Source: Verrucomicrobiia bacterium (GTDB taxonomy: Bacteria > Omnitrophota > Omnitrophia > Omnitrophales > Aquincolibacteriaceae). Taken from it: DNA of 64,000 nucleotides. How positions within the stretch are numbered: the stretch's first letter is position 1; every line of letters begins with the position of its first letter. The stretch covers positions 6,914 through 70,913 of the forward strand of contig DATJFP010000092.1 in NCBI GenBank assembly GCA_035495615.1. The letters are read 5' to 3'. Below are positions 44,552-56,500 of the stretch, piece after piece. The translations under genes were made by a program, and so were the position numbers. The notes beneath the pieces were generated by a model. It ran no database searches, was not told the origin of the DNA, and was given only the letters and a program-made list of their open reading frames with translations.

Positions 44552-47500
44552 TTATGCCGAGGATTTGACCTGCATTTCCTCGAGCAAGGAATCGGTCAAC
44601 GAAGCGGCGACGGCTTCGGCGACCAGCATGCCGCGGTTACCGTTCGGAGCCTTGGCCGCGTCAAAGACGTACGGCGGAATTTCCTTCAGACCCAAGATGG
44701 ACAGGACGAGCGCGGTCTCGATCAGTTTACGGATGGCAAGATCGCGGTCCTTGGCTTCGGCCGCGGGATTGACGACAGCAAGACCGACGGCCAGTTTGCC
44801 GGCGTAGTCCGCGTTGACGGCCTGATACATGTCGGATTCGGCGCCCTGGACCATGATGGCCTGGTTGCCTTCGGCGGCGATCTCGGCATTGAGGTTGACC
44901 ATCGTGCCGAGCTGATCCACGTTCGTGGCAAACCGCACGGTCTGCGTTCCGTAGTAGGCGGCCAGCTGCGCCCAGCGCGCGTCGAACTGCACGCCGGCGA
45001 TGACCACTTGGTGGCGCCTGGCGAACATTTCGGTTTCGAGGGCCGGCATCGAGATCATCATGGCCTGCGCCGGGTGCACGCCGCCCATCGCGCCCTGGAC
45101 ATTCATCACCCAATCCGTGACGGTCAGGAGGCCGTCTTCCTTGGCCAGCGCTTCTTTGAGTTCCGCGCCCGTATGCTGCGTGGCCATACGGATGAGAAGC
45201 TCGATGTTTTCGCCGCGGCCCTGGAAGTAGTCGCGCGCGGCGGCGGACGTCTTCGGATCGTTCAGGATGCCTTCGATGTCGCCGAGCGTCGTCGAGTACG
45301 CGGCCAGTTCGTGCAGGACGTCGAACGCGTGAGAATTGTAGCCCAGCGTATCCAGCGAAGCGCGCAGCTGCGGGTTGGCGGCCAGGGCTTCGATCTTTGC
45401 ATGCAGTAAGGCGTGCGTCTTTTCGTGGTTCAGGAAGATCCGCAGGTGCTGGGCGCGGATCGTGCGGTCCAGGCTTGTGTCCACGAAGCGTTCGGGCGTC
45501 ACGACGATCTTGGTGCTGCCGTCTTCCATGTGGCGCGCATAACCCAGACGGCGGTTGTCCTGCGCGAGCAGCGTGTCTTCCGGGCGCTGCACGAAGAACA
45601 TATGGATGTTGTCGGGATTCGTGCCGCGCAGCATGGAGAGCACTTCCTCCGGCGATTCGAAGGCCGCCGCGAGGACGTTTTCGAGTTCGGCAGTCTGTTC
45701 CGGCGTGAGGCCGAGGTCCTGGCCCGCGAGTACGCCTTCGAACGGGGCTTCGCGCAGTTCCGACTTCGGCGCGGCCGGCGCCGTTTCACGCAGCTCGCCG
45801 CGGATTTTCTTGAGCGCCTGAACAAGCGTATCCCCTTCGAGGCCGGCAAGATTGTCCAGCCATGTTTTCAGCTGGCCGGGCAATTCTTCGATGCCGGAGA
45901 AGAACTGGTCGGCGCCCGCCTGGATCGCAATGCCGTCGTTCAGGATCCGGTCCACGAGGCCCTTCATGAATTTCACTTCTTCGATCGCCGGCATCTGCTG
46001 GCTCTTGTCCGCGATGCGGTTGTACATGATCGGGACGAGGAGCGCCATGACGCGGGCGATCAGCGCGTTGACGTCGGCGCGCTCCGGAGCGGACGCGTCG
46101 AGGCTGGCAAGCAGCTGGTCGAGCGACTCCAGCGCGCCGAGCAGCTCTTTCGCGGAACGGTTCTGGTCCTTGCGGCTCTGGATTTCGTCGATCGTCCAGC
46201 GCAGGCCGTTCACGAGATCGGCGCGGCTGTTCGAGAAATCCACTTTCGGCATGAATTCGGACAGCTCGCGGAGCGAAACAGGATCGGCCTTGGCCATGCG
46301 TTCGTCCATCCAGGACTTGGGCTTGAACTCGATGATGACATGCCGGCTTCCGACCTTGGTGATGAACTGGAAGGCCTGGCCCTGGCGCGCGAGGCCGTTG
46401 TACTTTTCACGCGTCTCCTTGACATTGTCGCCGTCATAGATCTGGTCTTGCGGGTAAGTCGCTTCGTCGTCCAGGCGCTTGTCGCCGATCGGCAGGAGCT
46501 GGTAGCGCGTTTCGCCAAGGCCCGTGCCCGCATAGCCGTAAGCGCCTTCGGCGAGCTGGTAGATACCGTCATAATCACGCAGCGTATCGCCCATCACGCT
46601 GGAAGGCAGGACATCGTAAGTTCCCCTCGCGCTCCTCGGATGGATATGATAGAAGCCGCCGAGCTGATTCTTGGCGTAAACTTCGACCTGGTTGTGCTTC
46701 AAGCCGGTGGTCAGGATAAAGCGCTCGCGGCCCGTGGACGGGTCGATCTGGGCGCTGATCGCGAATTCGTACGGCATCTTCTTCATCATTTCCAGCTCGT
46801 CGCGCGTGGGCTTGGCCGAAAGCTCGACCACATAACGGCCGTTCGCACCGAGATCGCGGTGCAGCGCGCGCGTGGCCGAGGCCTGCGCGAGGACGTCGTC
46901 GCGGTCGAGCGCGGCCGCGGCGGCTTCCGCTTCCGCCTTCTCCTGATGGAGTTCCATGTAGCGTTCCGACAGCTGCTGCATCTGAGACGGATCCATCGTA
47001 CGGGCCATCTCCGACAGCTGCTGCATTTCCTGATCGATTTCTTCGGGACGGTTCAGGATCTTGAGCTGTTTGGCCAGCTTCAGGCTGTCGTTCAGAACCT
47101 CGGCCAGCGAAACGGTTCCTTCCATGCCGAGGAACTTCACGTTGTAGGCGTGGACGCGAGGATTGACGCTGCCCGCTTCCCAGAGCGCGGCCATGGCCAG
47201 GATGCCGAGCTCCGTATCGTCGGAGCGCAGGAACTGGGCGATGAGGCCGAGCGCCCGCTGCAGGCGCGCATCCAGCTCGTCCTGCGTCGGAGGCGTGGGA
47301 GGAATTCCCGCGCCGGCCTTGCGTCCGTCATACTGCAGGGCGACGTCGATGATCTTGTCGAAGACCTTTCTCATGGTGCGGTTCTTGAACGCCACTTCAT
47401 CAACGGAATCATTCGGCGCGTAATCCTGCAGCTCTTTGGCCAGCGCCTTGAGCTCGGTGCCGTCCGCGTCGTAATCCGCGTCCGCGGCGAGTTTCTCAGC

Positions 47501-50500
47501 GTAGGACTTGGTCTTGTTTTCGTAAGCGGCCATCACCGAAGGCTTGGCCGCGTCCGCGCCGATCTTGCTGTTGAAGGCCTGGCGGCTCGTTTCGATCTGC
47601 TGGCCGACGCGGATGACTTCGTCCGGCGTGAGATTCAGGAAGCCCGTGATGTCGGAGATCGTCTTGGCCGTGCGCGCGATGTACATGACCTGCGCCGGCG
47701 TCAGATAGCGTTCCAGGTAGCGCATGGCCGCGCGCATCTGCTTCATCTGGCGCAGTTTGTTCAGCTTGCGCTCTTCCAGGTTCTGCGACTTGAGGAAGTT
47801 CTGGTAAACGTCCGAACGTTCGACCTTCGCGTCGAGCGCCGACACCTTCGGGTCGACACCCTGCGTCACTTCGCCTCTGAGGCGCGCCATGTAAGCGTTC
47901 AGCTGGTTCTGCAGTTCTTGTTCCTGCTGCTCGTCCAGCTTGTCAGTCTTCAATTCCTTGAGCTTCATTTCACGGTACAGCTGCTGCCACTGGAACCGCT
48001 TGACGTTCTTTTCTTCATCGCGGTACTGGTCCATGGCGTACGAGAAGATCGGGCCGTTCTCCATGCTGTCTTCGTCGTAGGAGCGGCCGCTCTGCTGGAT
48101 CTTGCGGATCAGGATCTGCACCGTGTACGCCTCGTTTTCGTCGAGCAGCGTGCGGTCGGCGGTGCTGTCCTTGCGCTTGCCGGTCGGATCGGTCGGATCG
48201 ACGTAAGCCTGCTCTTTGCGCTGCGTGCCAAGGCCCAGGTCGATCATGTGGGTGGATTCGTGTTCGAGCGCTTCTTCTTCGTAACCCGCGATCGAGAAGA
48301 TGTAACCGGACTTGCGGAACACATGTTCCTGGCCCTTGAACTTATCGGGACCGGAGACGACAGGAATGTTCTTGGTTTCGTCCGGACGCGTCGCGTTGGC
48401 CTGGCCGGTCGCCGACAGGAAGCCTTTTTCGCGCAGCCACTGCAGCGCGGCCTTGGGCACGGAGATTGAAATGACCGGGACGTCCGGCAGGCCGAAGATG
48501 TCCTGCCACACTTTCAGGAGCGGGTCGCTGCTCGCCATGCGGACGCTGACCTGGACGGGCCTGTCGGTGCCGGCCGCCTTTTTCAGGCCTTCCTTGTCGA
48601 TCTTGGGCTTGTCGTAATAGTTGTTGAGGCCTTCGAGCACGTAATCCAGGGCCTTCTCGTATTCCTCGGCCGAGCTTCCGTCTTTCATCATGTTGCTGAT
48701 CTCGAGCAGGTCAGCCTGCGATTCGCGCATGCGCTTGATCTTTTCGTAATAACGCACGACGTCCGCCTGGTCCAGCGGGCCTTTTTCGAACCGCTCCTGC
48801 AGGGTTTCCGCATTGATGCCTTTCACATAATCGTCTTTCAGGTCGTCGTCTTTTTCGCTGACGCGGTACTTCACTTTCAGCACCGAGGCCGCGGCCTGCG
48901 CCGACGCATCCGCCTGGACGGCCAGCCGCAGCAGGTTGAGGCCGACGAACTTGTAGCTGTCGTCGATCAGTTTGTCTTCCATCAGGAAGCTCTCGGCCAT
49001 GTCGAGGAGGACAAGGCTGAGACCCTTTTTCAGCGCCTTCACGTCATCCGCGGCTTCCTGCTTCGCCGTGGCATCCGCCGCCGCGGCGCCGCGCGCTTCG
49101 GCCTGCTTGATCGCGGCTTCGTAAATCGACTTGAGCTGGACCATCGCGAGCGGCTTCGTCAGATCGATGTTCAGGGCCGCAAAATCCAGGCCCGTGCGGT
49201 TCAGCAGCGCGCCGCCGTCCTGGCCCGCAAGCGCTTCCAGCACCTGGGTCGTGGTCAGCGCGCCGGTATCGATGCGGGTGCCGCGGGCCGCGAGGAGCGG
49301 CACGATAAGCGCCAGCTTGTCCCCTTGCTCGGCGAGAGCTCCGGTAAGGCCGATCTTCGGCGCGACGAGCGACAGGAACAGCATGCGTTCGAACAGCGTG
49401 AGGTCGTAACGGTCCATGATGCCCGTGACTTCCAGCAGGTTGTCCGGACGGCTCACGCCTTCGGCGAGAGCGTTCATCTTGTAGAGGATCTTGGCGATCT
49501 CTTCCAGCTTCAGCTTGAGGATCGGCCAATGCCCGCGGATAGCGACGGTGAAAATGTCCCAGACGCCGCGCGGCACGAAGGCGAGATCAGGATCGAAGCG
49601 CACGAGGAGATCCGGAATGCTGCCCAGGTCCGGCGCCGTGGTCTTGTCGTCCAGCTGCTGGTGCTTGGCGGCCAGGAACGGCTGGTCGATCGCAAAGAGA
49701 TTGCCCGGCCGCAGGTTGTCTTCGAAATACGCCGCTTCGATCTCGCGGCGGCTCTTGCCCGTGCGCTTCTGCGTGTTTTCGACGTAGGCATTCAGGCGGA
49801 AGTGGTCGTAACGGCGCGCCGTGCGGATCTGGTTGTCCAGGGCCTGGCCCGTCTTGATCTGCAGGTCGTCCTGGTCGAGCAGCTTGCCGAGGCGCGCGTA
49901 CGCGTCCTGCTGCAGCTTCATCAGGACTTCGAGATTATTCTCGTCAAATCCTTTTTCTTTGTTCAGACCCAGGCTCTTGGCCGCATCCAGCGCGCGTTTC
50001 TTGTCGCGGTTCACGTCCTTCTCGGAGACGTACGGCGACGGCTTGCCGAGCGCCTTCGCCTGTTCGATTTCCCGCTGGATCTTGGGATCTTTGTAGTCCA
50101 CGGCGCTCTTCTGCAGCGCCACCAGCGTGTCGAGCGCCTGCTTCGCGCGGACCGCGTTGAGAAGGTCGACGAGCGCCTCTTCGACCGCTTCGACGCGGGC
50201 GTGGTCGCCGGCGGCCGTGGCCGCGTCATGTTCGGCGCGCAGCTTCATCATTTTGAGGTCGAACGCCGTTTCCTGGCTCGGTTCCTGGAAGCCTTCGGCG
50301 CCGGCCTTGTAGAGGTCGGACCAGGCCTGGTCGATCTCGTTACGCGTGAGCGGCGAGAACAGGCGTCCGAAGAAGCTGGTCTTGCGGTCCAGCGCCTCGG
50401 CCTTGTTCAGGAGGTACTCGCGCACTTCTTTTTCCGTGCGCTGGCTCTGTTCGACGAGCGTCTGCACGGCCTTTTCCTGGCGGACCAGGTAGTACAGCGC

Positions 50501-53500
50501 GTCGAGCGACAGGTCGACGAGCGCGTCCATGCCATAGCCCGCGACGGCGCGGCGCAGGTCGTCCCGGAAGTTCAGCGATTCGTCCTGGGCCAGGAGGTCG
50601 ACCACCGACAGGAACAGGTTGTGCTGATACGCATCGACCTGGCCGGGCGTGGCGCCCCGCAGGAACGCGGGCTTGAGTTCGTGAATGTCGGAGAGCTTGA
50701 AGCCCTTCAGCGTGGCGCGCAGGCTTTCGAGGGCTTTCTGCTGCTGGCGTTCGTACTTGGCCTTGGCCTTCTCGAGGCTCGCCTTTTCGCGGTCGATTTC
50801 TTCGCCGGTCGCCGTGGCAAAACCGCGCTCGGACTTGCGCAGCGCGATCTTCTGCAGCTCGATCTCCGCGGACCGCAGGCTGTCGCGCTGCTGGGACAGG
50901 CGCGTGTAGAGCTGACGGACAGGCTTGGGCATGTCGGAACGGGCGTTCTTCAGGGCGATCTGCGCGATGCGGCCGGCCGGGCTCAGTTCGCCGTAGCCGT
51001 CGCCGTAGATGTCGAAGAGGAGCTTCGAGTCCACTTTGCTTTCGATTTCTTCGCCGGTCAGACCGACGTTCTCGAGATGGCGGACCACGTTGAGCAGCTG
51101 GTTCAGGCCGCGGCGGTCGTAGCTGGTGAAGTCAACGAAGCCGCGGTCGGAAAGTTCCAGCGCGATGCGGTAAAGTTCGCGGTCATCTCCGTCGTCCCAG
51201 TGGAAGCCGAGCTTGCGCAGGCTGTTCTTCTGATAGTCGGACAGGTTCTGCAGGTCTTCGATGGTCCGCGTGAACGCCTGGCCTTTACGGGTCAATTCGT
51301 AATGACTCTGCTCGACCGTCTCGCCGTTCCTGACGTCGGTAACCTCGCGTTTCTGCTCGCTGACAAGGCCGCGGCTCTCCAGGTTTTCAGCCACGGCTTT
51401 CGCGGCTTCGGCCTGGTTGTTGCCCAGATGCGCGATCGCGCGGTTGGCGTCGGCCAGGTTCGCGGACTTCACTTTGATTTCCTGATGACGTTCCACGGCT
51501 TCGGCATTGATGACCATCTTCTCCAGGTTCTTGGCCAGGCGGACCGTATCCACCAGGTTGTTGGTCGTGGACAGGCTTTCCTTTTCGACGCGCAGGCCCG
51601 GCGCGACGCTTTCTCCGATATTCAGGTCGCGGAGGATCTGGATGCCGCGGTCGCTGAACCGGACCGAGCACGAGGAGCACGATTCGCTGAGCTCGACCAG
51701 CAGGCCGCGCAGTTCGGTCTTCGACACGTCGGCAAGCAGGGCTTTCAGCGCCGGGTTCTGCTCGGCGAGGAGCGCCAGCGTGCGGAACGTGCTTTCCGAA
51801 CGCGCCACATTGTCTTCGTGACTGGCCAGGACGTCGCGCTGCTGGCCCTTGATGATCTGCTCGAGAAGCGCCTTCAGGGCCGATTCCGCGGTGGCCGGCG
51901 AATTAAGGGCGGACTCGGAATTCGCGAACAGGTTCTTGATCTGGCCTTCGAGCGCGACTTTGTTCGCGTCCACCGTCGAGCCGAACAGCAGCTCCTTCTT
52001 GGCCGCGTCGATTTCCGCGAGGAAGCCCTTGATCATGTCCATCGGATCATCGCTGTTCTTGGCGAAGTCGTGGATGTCGGTTTCCATGGCGTTCAGGTCC
52101 ATCGCCTCATTATTCAGCGCCAGCATGTTGCGGTAGCCGGCGAGGTAGGCCTCGCGCATGGAGTTGAGTTCGCCCAGGACGCGCGACTGCATCTGCTCGC
52201 CGCCGGTCAGGTATCCCTTTTCCTGGAAGTCGAAGTTCACGTCGTCGTCCTGCGCCTCGCGGTTCTGCCAGTCGGTATAGAAATCGTTGATCGCCTGGTG
52301 GACCTTGGCTTTGGCCTTGTAATCCTCGCTGAACTGGAAGCCGTGCTCTTCCATGCGCTGCAGTTCGGCCAGCGCGCTCTTGAGCTCGACGCGCCATGCG
52401 GTCACCATCCGGCGGGCCTCGTCACCCCGGGCCGTATTGTCGCGGCCGGCCAGGCTCGAGTAGTTCTGGATGTTCTTGGAGAGCTCCTTGATGTCCTCGA
52501 CCAGCTGCTTCTGCCGGTCTTCGAACGCCTTCCGCTCCTGTTTTTCCATCTGGGCGAGCTCGCCCTTCAAGCCGTTCAGCATGGACTGCGCGATTTCGTG
52601 GCCGCGGTCTTTCAGCGTTTCGCCGACCTTGTGCAGCAGCGAGCCGGACACGTCGTTCTTGATGTAGTTCCACGCCGACACCATCATGAACCATTCGATC
52701 TCGGTCAAAGTGTCCTTCATTTCGAGGCGCTCGATCAGGTTCAGCGTCAGGCGGAATTCGTTTTCTTTCATTTCTTCCTGGTACTTTTTCAGCGTGATCT
52801 TGCCGCGGTTCAGATCCTTCAGGAGGCCGGCCTCGAACTGGGCCAGGACTTCCTGCATGGCGCCCTTGAAGCTGTTGTTGCGCTCGTGGATGTCCATCTC
52901 GATCGAATTGCGGATGGCCTGGAAATCCTTGGTCGGGAGCAGCACCTGGCGATGGCCGATTTCACCCTTGCCGCGGACGATGCGGCCGAGGATCTGCATC
53001 ATTTCGCGGAAGCCGCGGCTCGCGGACTTGATGGTCAGCGACCACTTGCCCTGGAAGTCGACGCCCTGCTGCGTGTCCTGGATGTTGTTGGTGACGACGA
53101 GCGACGGCGTGCCCAGCGACGCGGCCACGCGCGCGACCGTCGGGATGAGTTCGCTGAAGGCCACGGCGTCGACCGCGAACATGTAGCTCTTGTTTTTGTC
53201 GGTCAGCTTCGGAAGCGCTTCGAGCTCCTGCTGGTCCTTCTGCGTGGCCTCGAGGATCATGTCCGTCTTCTTCTTGAGGTTGTCCTGAATTTCCTGGTAA
53301 CGCTGGCTGCTCCACACGTTGTCGCCCAGCTGCCGTTCGAGCTGCGTGGCCTCTTTCTGGAGGCGTTCGAACAGGCCGATGACCGACTTGACGTTCTTGC
53401 CCACATCGACTTCGATATACGTGCGGCCGCCGTTGTCCTTTTCCGCCTTGAAGCTTTCGAGGACCTTCGAATACTCCGTGTGGTCTTCCACGAACATCAG

Positions 53501-56500
53501 ATGGGCCCAGCCCTTCTCGAGGTATGCCCGGCCGATTTCCAGCATCTTGGCCACGCCGTTTTCTTCGTCGACGAACATGAGGTTCTTGGCGTTGGCCCTG
53601 CCGATCTCGTCGTTCTTCTTCGTGGCTTCCGCGGCTTCGGATTTCGCGATGAGCTGCTTCACGTCATTGGCCGTGATGTCTTCGGCATAGGTCCAGGCCG
53701 CGCTGATGACATTGCCTTCGTTGTCGCGCTCCTCGCCCTGCTGCATGCGCGAACGGTCGCGCGCCACGGTGTGCACGCCCATCAGGATGGACGACAGCGG
53801 GCTGTAAGTCGCGGTGCTGCCCGCGCGGCGGATGTGGCGGCGCAGGAGCAGCTCGCCTTCCGCGGTCTGGGTCACGGTGATGTGGTTGTTGAGGTTCAGG
53901 ATGCCCTGGTTCTTCCCGTTGTTTTCCTGCGGGATGTCGCTCATGCGGATAAGGTCGCGGCCGTAGCGGCCTTCGACGACCAGGTATTCCGCGCCATTGA
54001 TCTGCACGCGCTCCAGCGTCACGTTCGACGCCGTGTTGGTGATTTCCGCGTGCGCGCCCACCTGGACTTCCGTACGGCCGGTGATGTCGGCGATCTCGAT
54101 CCGCGTGACGTTCTTATTCGCCTTGTCGATGATGCGCTTGATCAAGCTCATCTGCGTGGAGGTCGCCTGCGTCAGCGAATTCTCGAGCTCGTGCTCCTTG
54201 ACCATCTTGTCGTTGACTTCGGCCAGCTCGCCGCGAAGGACGTTGATTTCGCGGATGCGCGCCTGGATGTCGTCGCGCTGCGCGGCATCCGCGGTGGTGA
54301 GCAGCTGCTTCTCGAGGTTCTCTTTCTCGGTTTCGATTTCCGCGAGGTTGCGGCCCTGGATCTTCTCCAGACGAGCTTCCTTTTCCTTGATCTTGTCCGC
54401 GTTCGCAGCCGCGTCGGTCTTCAGTTTTTCCAGGTCGCCCTTGAGCGCCGTAACTTCATCCGTAAGCTTCGCGGCCTTCTTCGCCAGCACCTCGTTGCTG
54501 ATGAACGACAGGACGAGCTTCGTCACGCGGCCGCTGAAATTCGTGGACTGGATCTTACCGTTCTCTTTCGGGTGCAGCTCGCCGTATTCGTTCGTTTCGA
54601 AGTGCTTGGCATACTGCATGCCGAGCGCGCGGACCGCTTCCTTGACTTCTGAGGCCCGGAATTCGCCGGACACGATGCGCTCTTTCACGCGCTCCTTCAG
54701 GGCCTTGGACATGTACACTTCCGCGTCCTTGTCGGTGCCTTCGACGATCAGCTGCGCGTTTCCGAATTTGTCCGCGATGTCGAGCAGCCGCTTGGCCTCG
54801 CGGTTGTCTTTGGCGACCAGAAGCGCGTTCTTGTTGGCAATGCCGTTTTCGTCGTAGGTCACGCCGAGCATCGTATACAGCTCGCGGATCTTGTTGATGT
54901 ATTCCTCGGCGTTTACGGTCGCGTTCTTCGTGTCGGACAGGATGTACTGCGTGATTTCCGCCTGGAACTTATCGATTTCTTCGATGCCCCACGAATCCAG
55001 TTTCGCCATCAGGAGCTCGAGGATCGCGGGCTGGTCCTGGAGGGTAATCAGCGCGAAACCGACCTGGTCCGGGGCGATGACCTTGATGGCCTCGTCGTTT
55101 CTGAGCGCCGCTTCCAGCTTTTCGAAATCGCGCGCGACCAGGAGCTTCTGGATGTCGATCAGTTCGCCCGCGCCGAAGAGCCGGACCAGTTCCTGGTTCG
55201 GGACGCTGACGCGGAGGTCGTTCGGGCCTTTGATGCCGGCTTTGCCGTTGGCGAAGTCCGCGCCCTTGGTTTCGGTTTCCGCCAGGATCACGCTGCCCGA
55301 GACTTCGCTGTTCTGCCGCGCGAGCGCGATTTCCGTGGACGCCTTGACCATGGCCACCATGTTCTTACCGACGGCGGTCTTACCATTGCCGATTTCTTCC
55401 ATCAGGAAGTCGCCGATGATGCCCTTCTGCACGGCGCGCAGGTCGAAGCGGTAAGCGCTGTCCGCGCGGACCTTATCCGCCGCGGCCTGGGCTTCTCTGG
55501 CGGCCTGATCCTTGTCGTGCGTCCGGCCTTCGACTTCTTCGTACGTCTTGCGGTAAGTCTCGCGCATGAATTCGATCAGCAGCCGGTGTCCGAAAATCTT
55601 GTTGTGATAAACCAGCAGGGATTCGCGGTCGAGCTTGTAACCGTCACCCAGGCGCGCCTTGACGCCTTCGACAAAGGCCTTGTACACCGCGGCGCCGTCG
55701 ATCGTGCCGTTCTTGAAGTAGTCCTGCAGCAGCCGGCCCGCCTGGCCCGCGGTCAATTCCATTTCGGCCTGGAGGTCGAAGATGCCGTACTTGATGTCCT
55801 GGGCGACGTTCGGATTGGCGCCCGTGAATTCCGCAATGGCTTTGTCCGCATACGCGTGCAGCTGCGCGCGCTGATCGGCGTCCAGGCTGTTGTTGGCGAG
55901 CGCCCTCGAAAGCACGGTCAGCGTGGCTGTATCGTTGCGCAGGCTCGACGGCATGCTGAAGGCGACATCGACGATGGCCTGCAGCGCGGCGAGATCCTTC
56001 GTTTCATAGGCTTCCTTGCGCAGGGCCGAGAGCTCGCCCTTTTCGAGCTGCTCGATCTGGTCTTCGAGCTGCTCTTCTTTCATCGAGAGCGACGGATCGC
56101 GCAGGCGCATCGGCATGCCGCGCACGACCGCGAGCTGGCTGCGGAGATCTTCCATCTTCACGAGCGCTTCCTGGAAACGGAAGGCCAGGCTGCCCGCGGC
56201 GGGCGCCGTCTTGAGCGGGCTTGCGGTCGGGGCCTGAGCGCTCTGGAATTCTTCGAGCGCCGCGGCGCGCGCAGGTTCCGGGGCCTTGGCCGCTTTCTTC
56301 GCTTCGGCCGCTTCTTTGGCGGTCGGCGTGGCCTTGGCGCTTTCGGCCGGGGCCTTGGCGGCTTCCCGGGCGGCCGCGGCTTCAGTGCGCGTGGCTTCCA
56401 GGCGGCCGAGGCGGGCCTGTTCCGAGATCTCGAAGCGCATCAGCATGGCTTCGCCGGCGAGCTCGGCGCGGCTCAGCTCGATCTGGCGGAGCGCCATGAA

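Noticed and set aside
46800-47100. JAMM-like HxH...S..D motif (FYHIHPRSARGTYD) in the giant protein C-terminal region
   Set aside because: The spacing does not match the JAMM consensus (HxHx7Sx2D), so it is likely coincidental.
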